64,000 bases of DNA from an uncultured delta proteobacterium. Lineage in GTDB: Bacteria; Desulfobacterota; Binatia; JACPRU01. The stretch's first letter is position 1, and each line of letters begins with the position of its first letter. The notes under the pieces are model-generated. The model was not told the origin of the DNA and searched no databases. It saw only the letters and a list, made by a program, of their open reading frames with translations. The translations under genes and the position numbers were made by a program. Where the stretch lies: assembly GCA_963745025.1 (NCBI GenBank), contig CAVUWD010000019.1:96001-160000 (forward strand). The letters run 5' to 3'. This document shows positions 9,844 to 19,232 of this stretch, one piece after another.

Positions 9844-10003
9844 ACTTCTTCTCGTGTCCCGCAGCGAAGTGACTGGTCTGGCCGACGGCCCACTCTCGCC
9901 ACTGGAGCGTGTAGCGCCGGAACGATTGCAGATTGTCGCCGTAGTTGACGTAGAGATAGACGACCAATGCGCCGAACGCCAGCCCCCAGAGAAATTGCCG
10001 CAT
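9842..10003 (-). CDS. Small single-TM protein (53 aa), below the ORF-track cutoff
   Basis: MRQFLWGLAFGALVVYLYVNYGDNLQSFRRYTLQWREWAVGQTSHFAAGHEKK*; GGGAGG SD 6 nt upstream of ATG. Confidence 0.65.
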   Translation of the reverse strand: MRQFLWGLAFGALVVYLYVNYGDNLQSFRRYTLQWREWAVGQTSHFAAGHEKK

Positions 10004-10067
10004 AGTGAACCTCCCGCGTCCCTAAGCTATCGGAAGCCCCCGTATACCCTCAAGCACCCCAATGCCG

Positions 10068-10096
10068 TTGGCCTCGCCTGCGTCACTTGCTAGGGT
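10068..10096 (+). promoter_or_regulatory. Putative sigma70 promoter upstream of the structured region/yebC
   Basis: TTGGCC-17 nt-TAGGGT with extended TG. Confidence 0.4.
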
Positions 10097-10108
10097 CACG
10101 ATCCGCAT

Positions 10109-10299
10109 GAGCTCCCGCGTCGCCAACTGGAAAGAAGTCCTCACCACCACCAACCTCTCGTGTGAGGTGGGCGGCGTACCTTCAGCGCGCCGCGCACGCC
10201 CGGAGGCGCCGCTCCGTGCGCGGTGGTGCGATCAGGGTTCCTCTCGTCCCGAGCACGCGTCGAGACGACCCCTCATCGCGCGACCCGCGCAGGGAGGTC
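10109..10299. ncRNA. Candidate 6S-RNA-like long rod (or structured yebC leader)
   Basis: Ends pair (CTCCCGCGTCGC/GCGACCCGCGCAGGGAG); central hairpin near 10190-10225; minus strand has CCCACCTC-ACACGA-GAGGT resembling a 6S 3' bubble hairpin. Confidence 0.4.
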
Positions 10300-10350
10300 T
10301 TCGCTCGCTGGTGTACGGCGGTTGTGGTAGCAAGAGCCGAGGAGTCCATC

Positions 10351-11100
10351 ATGTCCGGTCATTCCAAGTGGTCGTCGATCAAGCACAAGAAGGCGGCGAA
10401 GGACGCAAAGCGCGGCAAGCTCTTCACCAAGCTGATCAAGGAGATCACCGTCGCCGCGCGCAACGGCGGGGATGTGAACGCGAATCCTCGCTTGCGAACG
10501 GCCGTGCTCACCGCCCGCGCGGCGAGCCTGCCGAACGACACGATCGAGCGTGCGATCAAGAAGGGTAGCGGACAGCTCGAGGGGCAGACGCTGGAGGAAA
10601 TCGACTACGAGGGTTACGGACCGGGCGGGGTCGCCGTCATGGCTCGCGTGCTCACCGACAATCGCAATCGCACGGTGAGCGATCTTCGCTTCCTCTTCAG
10701 CAAGCACGGCGGGAACCTCGGCGAAGCGAACAGCGTTGCCTGGATGTTCCAGAAGCGGGGCGTGGTCCACGTGGACAAGGGAGGCGTCGACGAGGATCGG
10801 GTGATGGAGCTGGCGCTCGAGGCCGGTGCTGACGACGTCTCGGACGCGGGCGAGAGCTTCGAAGTCGTCTGCTCGCCGGAAAATCTCGAGGCGGTGCGCA
10901 GCGGAATCGAGGGGGGCGGACTCAAGCTCACGAGCGCGGAAGTGACGATGATTCCGAAGAGCACCGTTCATTTGACCGGACCGCCGGCGGCGTCGGCCCT
11001 GAAGCTCCTCGAGGCCCTCGAGGATCACGACGACGTGCAGAACGTCTCGGCGAACCTCGACGTCGACCCGGCCGAACTCGAGAAGCTGTCCGCCGCATAA
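10351..11100 (+). CDS. yebC: YebC/PmpR family protein
   Basis: MSGHSKWSSIKHKK, YEGYGPGG, TDNRNRT. Confidence 0.97.
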   Translation: MSGHSKWSSIKHKKAAKDAKRGKLFTKLIKEITVAARNGGDVNANPRLRTAVLTARAASLPNDTIERAIKKGSGQLEGQTLEEIDYEGYGPGGVAVMARVLTDNRNRTVSDLRFLFSKHGGNLGEANSVAWMFQKRGVVHVDKGGVDEDRVMELALEAGADDVSDAGESFEVVCSPENLEAVRSGIEGGGLKLTSAEVTMIPKSTVHLTGPPAASALKLLEALEDHDDVQNVSANLDVDPAELEKLSAA

Positions 11101-11110
11101 GCATAGACGA

Positions 11111-11642
11111 GTGAATCAAGAGAGGGTGAGGGTGCTCGGAATCGACCCGGGCACCTCGGTGACAGGGTGGGGGGTGGTGGAGCCCGCGGGGCGGCGTTTC
11201 GCCACGTCGCGAGCGGCACCGTGGGGCTATCCGCCCGGTTGCCTCTCGGCGAGCGGCTGCGCCGAATCCGCGCTGCGGTCGAAGATCTCTGCCGAGCGCA
11301 CGCACCGATCGCGGTCGCACTCGAAAAGGCGTTCGTCGCGCACAACGTGCAGAGCGCCTTCCGCCTCGGCGAGGCCCGCGGCGCCGTGCTCATCGCGGCC
11401 GCCGAGGCCGGACTGCCGGTCTTCGAGTACGCTCCCGCGCAAGTGAAGCTGACGGTCGTCGGCTACGGACGCGCCGACAAGCAACAGATGGTGCGCGGCA
11501 TCGCGCTGCGCCTCGGCGTTCCGCCGGCCGAGCAAGCGATGAGGCGGACGCGCTGGCGCTCGCGCTCTGTCACCTGATCGGCGCGCGGCTGCGCGTACCC
11601 GAGCGCGCGCCTGCGCGACGCCGTGGCGGGGCGGCGCTGTGA
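11111..11642 (+). CDS. ruvC: Holliday junction resolvase RuvC (two apparent indels, ~11200 and ~11538)
   Basis: LGIDPG...GWGVV in one frame, [15 protein letters not shown] in a second, [12 protein letters not shown] in a third. Confidence 0.9.
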
Positions 11643-12230
11643 TCGCGCGCCTACGAGGACGGCTTTGTGACCGGACGGCGGAGGAGGTGGTCGTCGACGT
11701 CGCCGGCGTCGGTTATCAGGTCTACGCGTCCGCGCAGACGCTGGCGGCGCTTCCCGGCGAGGGCAGCGAGGTCGATTTGCTGATCGTCACCCACCTGCGC
11801 GACGACGCGCTCCAGCTCTTCGGCTTCGCCGACGCAGCCGAACGGACGCTCTTCCAGCTTCTCCACTCGGTATCCGGAATCGGCCCTCGCCTGGCCTTGA
11901 ACATCCTCTCGGGAATGCCGGTCGCCGAGCTTCGCGAGGCGATCCGCCGCCGCGATCTCGTTCGCCTGCACGCGCATCCCCGGCGTCGGCAAGAAGACCG
12001 CCGAACGCCTGTCGGTCGAGCTCGCCGACAAGCTCGCCGCGCTTCCCGAGGAGCGTCCCGTGCGACGCGACGGAACGGCGCACGGCGTCGCGGAGCAGGC
12101 CGTTTCGGCGCTCGTCAATCTCGGCTTCCGACCGGCCGAGGCCGAGCACGCCGTCGAAGCCGCGATGGGGGCCGGTCTCATGGCGTTCGAGGAAGTGGTT
12201 CGCGAAGCGCTGCGGAGCACCCGGCGATGA
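11639..12230 (+). CDS. ruvA: RuvA (apparent indel ~11975)
   Basis: [22 protein letters not shown]; [12 protein letters not shown] and ALVNLGF in the shifted frame. Confidence 0.9.
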
Positions 12231-13261
12231 CGCGCATCCGCGCGCGTTCGGGAGCGCTCGGCCCCGCCGCGCTCGACGACGACCGGGTCGTCGACCAATC
12301 GCTCCGTCCACTGCGCTTCGACGAGTACGTCGGCCAGGAGCGCGTGAAGGAGAACCTTCAGCTGATGGTGACTGCGGCACGCAGCCGTGGCGAGGTGCTC
12401 GACCATCTGCTCTTCCACGGCCCTCCGGGGCTCGGCAAGACCTCGCTCGCGCATCTGATCGCGCGCGAGATGGGGGTCAACATTCGCACCACCTCGGGAC
12501 CGATGATCGAGCGTGCCGGTGACCTGGCAGCGATCCTCACGAGCCTGGAGCCGCACGACGTGTTCTTCATCGACGAAGTCCATCGACTGAACCGGCTGAT
12601 CGAGGAAGTCCTCTATCCGGCGATGGAGGACTTCAAGCTCGACCTCGTGATCGGGCACGGTCCGGGCGCGAGCATGTCGAAGATTCCTCTGCAGCCCTTC
12701 ACCTGATCGCCGCGACCACTCGCGCGGGCCTGCTCTCGGCGCCGCTACGCAATCGGTTCGGCAATGATTTCCGGCTCGATTTCTACACGCAGGCGGAGCT
12801 CGAACGAATCCTCGCACGCTCGGCGCGCATCCTGTCGCGTGCGACTCGAAGCGGACGGCGCCGCGGAGATCGCCCGCCGCTCGCGCGGTACGCCGCGCAT
12901 CGCCAATCGGCTGCTCCGGCGGGTTCGTGACTTCGCGGAGGTGCGCGCGGACGGCGTCATCCGCTTGTCGGTCGCCCGGGACGCGCTGAAGCTTCTCGAC
13001 GTCGACGACATCGGCTTCGACCCGATGGACCGAACGCTGCTGCTCACGATCATCGACAAGTTCGACGGCGGGCCGGTCGGCATCGATACGCTGGCCGCCT
13101 CGATCGGAGAGGAGCGCGACACGCTCGAGGACGTCTACGAGCCGTACCTGTTGCAGATCGGATTCCTGCAGAGGACTCCGAAGGGCCGAGTTGCAACGTC
13201 GAGCGCGCGGCGGCATCTTGGCAGAGAACCCCGCAAGGGACCGCAGGGAGGCCTGTTTTGA
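12227..13261 (+). CDS. ruvB: RuvB (apparent indels ~12703 and ~12837)
   Basis: [50 protein letters not shown]. Confidence 0.93.
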
Positions 13262-13264
13262 GGA

Positions 13265-13332
13265 AGGCCACGGGCTTCAGGCCACGGAAAGAATGCGTGA
13301 CGTCTTGGCCTGTAGCCCGTAGCTCGTAGCCC
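13265..13332. repeat. Heptamer-repeat palindrome
   Basis: GGCCACG GGCTTCA GGCCACG GAAAG ... TGTAGCC CGTAGCT CGTAGCC. Confidence 0.7.
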
Positions 13333-13545
13333 ATGATGGATCTAGGCAAGACGCTCATTCTGCTTGGCGCGGTGATCATCGCCGCGGGCGTGGTGTTTCT
13401 GCTCCTCGGCCGCGTCCCCTGGATCGGTCGGCTGCCGGGTGACATCGTGATTCGGCGGGATGACTTCGTCTTCGTCTTTCCGCTGACGAGCTGTCTCCTG
13501 GTGAGCGCGCTACTCAGCCTCGTTCTCTATTTGCTTCGTCGTTGA
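13333..13545 (+). CDS. DUF2905 family small membrane protein
   Basis: GRLPGDI...FVFPLTSCLL signature; common downstream of ruvB. Confidence 0.88.
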   Translation: MMDLGKTLILLGAVIIAAGVVFLLLGRVPWIGRLPGDIVIRRDDFVFVFPLTSCLLVSALLSLVLYLLRR

Positions 13546-13563
13546 GCTTCGAGGAACGCGCGA

Positions 13564-15790
13564 GTGACGACGTTGAACACCAACGAAACCAACCCGATCG
13601 AGGCCGAGGGCATCGCCGATGCGCGCGTCCGCCGTCGCGATGCCTGGCTGATCGCCATCGTCGCGATCGGCGTGTTTCTCTTCGCCGTCTTCGAGGCGCG
13701 ACTGCCGCAATTTTCGAGCGCGCAGTCGTTGATGAATCACCTCACGTTCTTCCTGCTCATCAACCTGAACGTGCTGCTGCTCGTCGTCTTCGCCTTCCTG
13801 GTGGTGCGGAATCTCGTCAAGCTCATGTTCGAGCGCCGCCAGCAGATTCTCGGCTCGCACCTTCGCACGCGCCTGGTGGTCGCCTTCGTCGGGCTTTCAC
13901 TTTCTCCCGCGGTGCTGCTGTTCATCGCGTCGACGAACTTCATGGACAACTCGATCGAGAAGTGGTTCGACGTACAAGTCGAGCAATCGCTCGAGGGCTC
14001 GCACGACGTGGTGCAGGCCTTCTACAAAGGGACCGCGGAGTCGATGCAGGCCCGCTCACGCGAGATCGCGGATACGCTCGCCACCCGAGGGCTGATCGCG
14101 CCCGAGCGACGCGCGGAGCTCCATCGCTTGCTCGAAGCGCGCCGGGCCCAGGCGGGGGTCAGTGCGGTGCAGATCTTTTCGCCAGCCCGAGAGCTCCTGA
14201 GCGTCGCGTTCTCGCCGTCCGCCGTGGGCGGCATCACTGTGGCGCCCGATAGCGAAGCATTCGAGCATCTGCTCGCGGGAGAGAGCCTGATGCGCGTCGA
14301 GCCCCTCGGAGATGGCGACGTTGTGCGCGGAGCCTCTCCCGTTCTCGATCATGGCCGCGTGATCGCCGCGGTGGCCATGGACCAATACATCCCGGTCAGC
14401 CTCTCGCATCGCGCCGAGGACATCGAACGCTCGTTCCGGGAATACCGCGAGCTGAAGATTCTCAAGCAACCGATCAAGAACACCTATCTGCTGACGCTCA
14501 CGCTGATCACGCTCGTCGTGGTGTTCGCCGCCACCTGGTACGGATTGTCGCTCGCCAAGAGCATCACCGTGCCCATCCAGCAGCTCGCCGAGGGCACGCG
14601 GGAGGTCGCGCACGGGAACTGGGACGTTCACATCGAGGGCGCGGGTGGGGACGAGATCGGCACCCTAGTGTCCGCGTTCAATCAGATGACCGGCGACCTC
14701 AAGAAGTTCAATACCGAGATCGAGGAGAGGCGCCGCCACATGGAGACGATTCTCGCCAACATCCGCGCCGGCGTCGTCTCGGTGTCTCCGGACGGTACCA
14801 TCACCACGTGGAACGCCGCGGCCGAGCACCTGTTCGGCATCTCGGCGCGCCAGGCGCGTGGCCGGCGGGCGGTCGAGGTGCTCACCGGTACCACGCTGGC
14901 ACCCGTGCGGGAGATGCTCGACCAGCTGCTCGCGACCGGTGCGACCCAGGGTGAACGCCAGGTCGAGGTGGTGCACGCCGAGGAGGCATTCACGCTGCTC
15001 GCAGCGGCTGCGCCGCTGCGGGATCCCGGCTCGCCGATCGACGGACCCCATGGCGCGGTGCTCTTCTTCGAGGACATCACGCAGATCCTCCAGGTGCAGC
15101 GAATGGAGGCCTGGCGCGAGGTCGCGCGGCGCATCGCGCACGAGATCAAGAATCCGCTCACGCCGATCCAGCTCTCGGCCCAGCGCCTGCAGAAGCGCTA
15201 CGCCCAGCTCCTCCGCGACGACGTGTTCGACGAGTGTACGCAGGACGATCATCAAGCAGGTCGATGACCTGAAGGCCCTGGTGAACGAGTTCTCGAGCTT
15301 CGCGCGCATGCCCACCGGGCACCATCGCCCCGAGGATCTGAACGGTCTCGTCGAGGAGGCCGTCGTCCTCTTCCGCGAGGGGCACCGGAAGATCCGCTTC
15401 GACGTGCGCACGGACCCGAGCCTGCCGCCTCTGATGCTCGACCGCGAGGGCGTCAAGCGAGCACTCATCAACATGCTCGACAACGCCGTCGCGGCTTGTG
15501 CCAACGGCCACGCGCAGGGGGGGCGGATCGAGATCACGACGTCGTATCTGCAGTCGCTCGGCCTGGTTCGCCTCGAGCTCGCCGACAACGGCTCGGGAAT
15601 GACGCCCGAGGTGAAGGCGCGGCTTTTCGAGCCCTACTTCTCGACGAAGAAGGACGGTACGGGTCTCGGCCTGGCGATCGTTTCGGCGATCTTCTCCGAT
15701 CACCGCGCCTTCATCCGCGTGCGCGACAACGAACCGAAGGGGAGTCGATTCATCGTCGAATTTCCGGTAAAAGAGCCGGTTGATGGCTGA
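13564..15790 (+). CDS. NtrY-like sensor histidine kinase (TM, HAMP, PAS, HisKA, HATPase; apparent indel ~15241)
   Basis: AWREVARRIAHEIKNPLTPIQLSAQRL; DNGSG, FEPYFSTK, GTGLGL in the shifted frame. Confidence 0.9.
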
Positions 15791-17050
15791 GACGATCCTG
15801 ATCGTCGACGACGAGGAGCAGATCCGCGCCAGCGTACGCGGGGTGCTCGCGGACGAGGGCTTCCGTGTGCTCGAGGCGGACAACGGGCGAACCGCGCTCG
15901 CGGTGATCGCCGCGGAGCACCCGCGGCTCGTCCTCGTCGACATCTGGATGCCCGAGGTCGATGGCGTCGAGATTCTGCGCGAGATCCAGAAGCGTCATCC
16001 TGGAACCCGAGTCGTCGTCATCTCCGGGCACGGAAACATCGAGACGGCCGTGCGCGCCACCCAACTCGGAGCGATCGACTTCATCGAGAAGCCATTTTCG
16101 ATCGAGCGCCTGCTGCAGCGGATCGAGCGCGCGCTCGGGTCACCGGCCGCCCGACTGCTGGAAGACGAGGCGGTCGCGACGGCGTCTCCACTGCGCGCGC
16201 CGGCGACTCCCGTCGGCCGCACCTCGCGCGCCGCACGCTCGCGCGCAGCGTGGTGGTCAACGGCCAGGGGCTCCACTCCGGCATCCGCACCGGCCTCATT
16301 CTCCATCCGGCGCCTCCGGGAACGGCAGTCGTCTTCGAGACCATCTCGGCCGACGTCGAGATCCCCGCGCTCGTCTACTACGTCGAGTCGACGGGCTACG
16401 CGACGACTCTCTTCCGCGACGGCGTGGTCGCCCAGACGGTCGAGCATCTAATGGCGACGCTGCACGCGTTCGGCATCGCGAACCTGCGGATCCGAATGCA
16501 AGGGGAGATTCCCATCCTCGACGGCTCTGCCATAGAATTCTGCGACCTCGTCGAATCGGGGGGCATCGAGCCCCAGGAGGAGGAGATCGAGGAGCTCGTC
16601 GTCGACCGCCGGGTAGCGATCGGCGATCCGGAAACCGGAAAGTACATCGCGCTCGAGCCCTGCGACGGATTCGAGGTGGACTACACGCTCGAGTATCCTC
16701 CACCGGTCGGGCGTGAGCACGTCGTCTACAAGCACGGCGGTGCCGACACGTTCCGCACCGAGATCGCTCCGGCGCGCACGTTCGGGTTCGTGAAGGACAT
16801 CGCTGCGCTCGAGCAAATGGGCCTCGCGGGCGGCGGACGCTTGCACAACTGCATCCTGATCGGCGACGACGGCGTCGTCAACACCCGCCTTCGACTCGAT
16901 TGTGAGTTCGTGCGGCACAAGATTCTCGACATCATGGGAGATTTTTTCTTGCTCGGCCGCCCCATTCGCGGTCGCGTCGTCGCGCGGATGACGGGTCACG
17001 GCGACAACATCGCGCTTCTCAAGCAAATCGATCAGCAGCTGGCGGACTAG
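15783..17050 (+). CDS. lpxC: Receiver domain fused to LpxC (UDP-3-O-acyl-GlcNAc deacetylase); apparent indel ~16222
   Basis: REC: ILIVDDE, DIWMP, ISGHG, KPF. LpxC: RTLARSV..GQGLHSG, TVEHLMA, PILDGSA, ARTFGF, HKILD, GH. No start codon upstream of the LpxC RTL motif. Confidence 0.8.
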
Positions 17051-17093
17051 ACTCGATCGAGATTTCCGTCGACGCCAGGCGCGGCGCTCGGAA

Positions 17094-17343
17094 AGCCCTC
17101 AGTTTTCGCCACACGCGCTGGAAATTCGTGAAGCGCTGGATCTTCCGGTTGGCCCGTACTCGGGTCGACCGGAAGAGCCAGCCACCGCGCGCAAGCGCGG
17201 AGAGTAATAGACCAGCTCGTGGGTTATTGTCTTCCGCGCTCCGCGCGGTTGCGGTCGGTTGTGATCGGTCCGAGTACGGGTCGATCACAACCGACCGCGC
17301 TCTTCGTCGTCCCGGAGCATTCGAGGCGAAGACTGAGGCGTTA
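17094..17343. repeat. Multi-hairpin structured repeat, copy 1 (MITE/REP-like or ncRNA)
   Basis: Hairpins 17135-17182 and 17251-17298 with GTACTC/GAGTAC loops; terminal inverted repeats 17097-17110/17325-17338; 12-bp direct repeat CGGCGCTCGGAA on both flanks. Confidence 0.85.
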
Positions 17344-17454
17344 CGGCGCTCGGAAGAAATCGCTTGTGTGTTCGACCTAGGGTGGTAGACTGCCCGTCTA
17401 CAACTCAAGGGTCAGGGAGATTCGTTGGAACGTCGGGGAACGCCGAGGGTATCC

Positions 17455-17766
17455 ATGAGCGAGGCACAGGAACGTCGAGGAGCCGAGCGACGGCACGCGG
17501 ATGCCGGGGGGACGATCTCGTTCGGGCAAGAGGCGTTGGGTTGCCGAGTCATCGATCTCTCCGAGACGGGCGCTCAGGTGCGGATCGACGGCAAGCGCGC
17601 CAGTCGAAATCTCGTCGGCAAGCGGGCGTCGTTGACGTTGGAAGGCTCCAAGCCGAGGCTGGTCGAGGGACGGGTCGTGTGGGCACGCCCCGCGGTGAAC
17701 GGCGTCTATCTCGGGATCGCCGTCGAAAACAGCGAGCCGAAGCCCGTCGAAAACGCCTCGCAGTGA
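17455..17766 (+). CDS. PilZ-domain (c-di-GMP-binding) protein
   Basis: ERRGAER (RxxxR) and DLSETG (DxSxxG). Confidence 0.85.
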   Translation: MSEAQERRGAERRHADAGGTISFGQEALGCRVIDLSETGAQVRIDGKRASRNLVGKRASLTLEGSKPRLVEGRVVWARPAVNGVYLGIAVENSEPKPVENASQ

Positions 17767-17769
17767 TTC

Positions 17770-18666
17770 TCAGCGGACGCGCAACGCGTTCAACGGCCCG
17801 TAGAGCGTGAACGAATAGGATCCGCTCGCCGCCTTCTGGTTGTGATTCAGCAGGGTCAGCAGCGGCTCGAACCCCGCGGGCGCTCCCGGAATCGGTTTCA
17901 CGTTGAGTACGGCATTGACGACCGGCATCTGGTTCGCGCTCAGCAGGAAGAGCTGACCATGTAGCTCGGCGTCTACCTCGGAGCCGGAGAGCTTGAGTGA
18001 GCGAACGTCCAGCCTCCCTGCCTTCAACTCGAATTCGGCCTCGCCGTTGGCGAAATGAAGATCGGGAATGGTGAATCCCTGCGCCTTGGCTTGCGTGAGG
18101 GACGCGCTCTTCAAGCCGAGCTTGCCGCGGCCCTCGAGATTCTTGAGCTCGCCGCGGCCGCTGAAGTGAATGTCTCCCGAGAGTGTTCCCTCCCAGTTGC
18201 CCTCGAGCAGCGCCGTGAGTCGCGGATACTGGGAAAGCCGGACCTCGTTCCAGGAGAGCCCGAGTGCTCCGGATGGATCGACGGAGCCGGTGAAGTCACC
18301 ACCGTATGCCCGACCCGAAAAATAGAAGGGGAAGCCATCACGGCCGAGCGATGGCCGGAAGGCGACTTCCGCGGCGGCGAACCACGGGTCGGTATCCTTT
18401 CCCGGCGCGATCAGGCGCGGCTGCGACAAGTGGTAGCCGTTCCACGGGCGCAACCACACTTCATCATAGTGGATTCGCCAGCCGGATTGGGCGGCGATCT
18501 CGTCGGTCCAGCGCCGGACGATGAGGTCGTGCGGGAACGTCAGCGCGAAGAACAGAACGAACCAGCCGACCGTCCACGCGGCGTAGCCGAGGGACGACCG
18601 GCCGGGGTATCGCCGGGGAAAGAAGCGGCCGAACCTGCCGGCGAAGCTCGCGATCGAGGAGCTCAT
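17770..18666 (-). CDS. gspN: Type II secretion protein GspN
   Basis: N-terminal TM ending LTFPHD; last gene of the gsp operon. Confidence 0.8.
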   Translation of the reverse strand: MSSSIASFAGRFGRFFPRRYPGRSSLGYAAWTVGWFVLFFALTFPHDLIVRRWTDEIAAQSGWRIHYDEVWLRPWNGYHLSQPRLIAPGKDTDPWFAAAEVAFRPSLGRDGFPFYFSGRAYGGDFTGSVDPSGALGLSWNEVRLSQYPRLTALLEGNWEGTLSGDIHFSGRGELKNLEGRGKLGLKSASLTQAKAQGFTIPDLHFANGEAEFELKAGRLDVRSLKLSGSEVDAELHGQLFLLSANQMPVVNAVLNVKPIPGAPAGFEPLLTLLNHNQKAASGSYSFTLYGPLNALRVR

Positions 18667-18671
18667 GCGTG

Positions 18672-19232
18672 TCAGCTCGCTGCCTTGATGCTGACGCGGG
18701 ACACCGCGAAGGTGACGTCGAACTGAGAGGGATCGGCGCCCCGCTTCTTCATCTGCAAGCGCGACACGTGAAGGGCGGCCGGCGACCGCTCGAGCTCATG
18801 GAGCAGCTCGACCGTCTGCTGCAGCGTGATTCCGACGAGCTGGACGTTGACGGCTTCTTCGACGTATTGATCCCCGATCGTCTTCGGGGAAGACGGCGCC
18901 ATCGACGCGACCCTGTCGCGGCTGACCTTCTTGGTGACGATACCATCGAGCGTGGAGTAGAGCCCGTTCGCCCCAGCGTCCTTGCTCGTGAGCGCGTCGG
19001 TCTGGCGTTTCAGGTCAAGGAAGACCCCGCGGAACGACTCCACCTGCTCCAACTGATGCTGCTTGGCGACGATTCGAGTTCGCAGCGCGCTCTTCACCGC
19101 TTGGGCCTTGTAGACGATCAGGAATACGAGGAAGCTCGCGAAAACCGCGCCGCCGATTGCGACGAACAGACGCTCCCGGGGTGCCAGCCGCGCGAAGGCA
19201 TGCTGGAGGTTGGCGAGCGAGAGCCACCTCAT
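18672..19232 (-). CDS. gspM: Type II secretion protein GspM
   Basis: LAPRERL + TM; position after gspL. Confidence 0.85.
   Translation of the reverse strand: MRWLSLANLQHAFARLAPRERLFVAIGGAVFASFLVFLIVYKAQAVKSALRTRIVAKQHQLEQVESFRGVFLDLKRQTDALTSKDAGANGLYSTLDGIVTKKVSRDRVASMAPSSPKTIGDQYVEEAVNVQLVGITLQQTVELLHELERSPAALHVSRLQMKKRGADPSQFDVTFAVSRVSIKAAS

Noticed and set aside
10062-10350. ORF or N-terminal extension upstream of yebC
   Set aside because: YebC starts at the canonical MSGHSKW with an SD at 10351; the upstream translations show no protein-like motifs.
11639-12706. Apparent RuvA-RuvB fusion ORF
   Set aside because: Product of an indel at ~11975. The true RuvA C-terminus is in another frame and ends at 12230, overlapping the ruvB ATG.
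17135-17298. Hairpin repeats as a CRISPR array
   Set aside because: No direct repeat-spacer periodicity, the units are inverted, and no cas genes are present.
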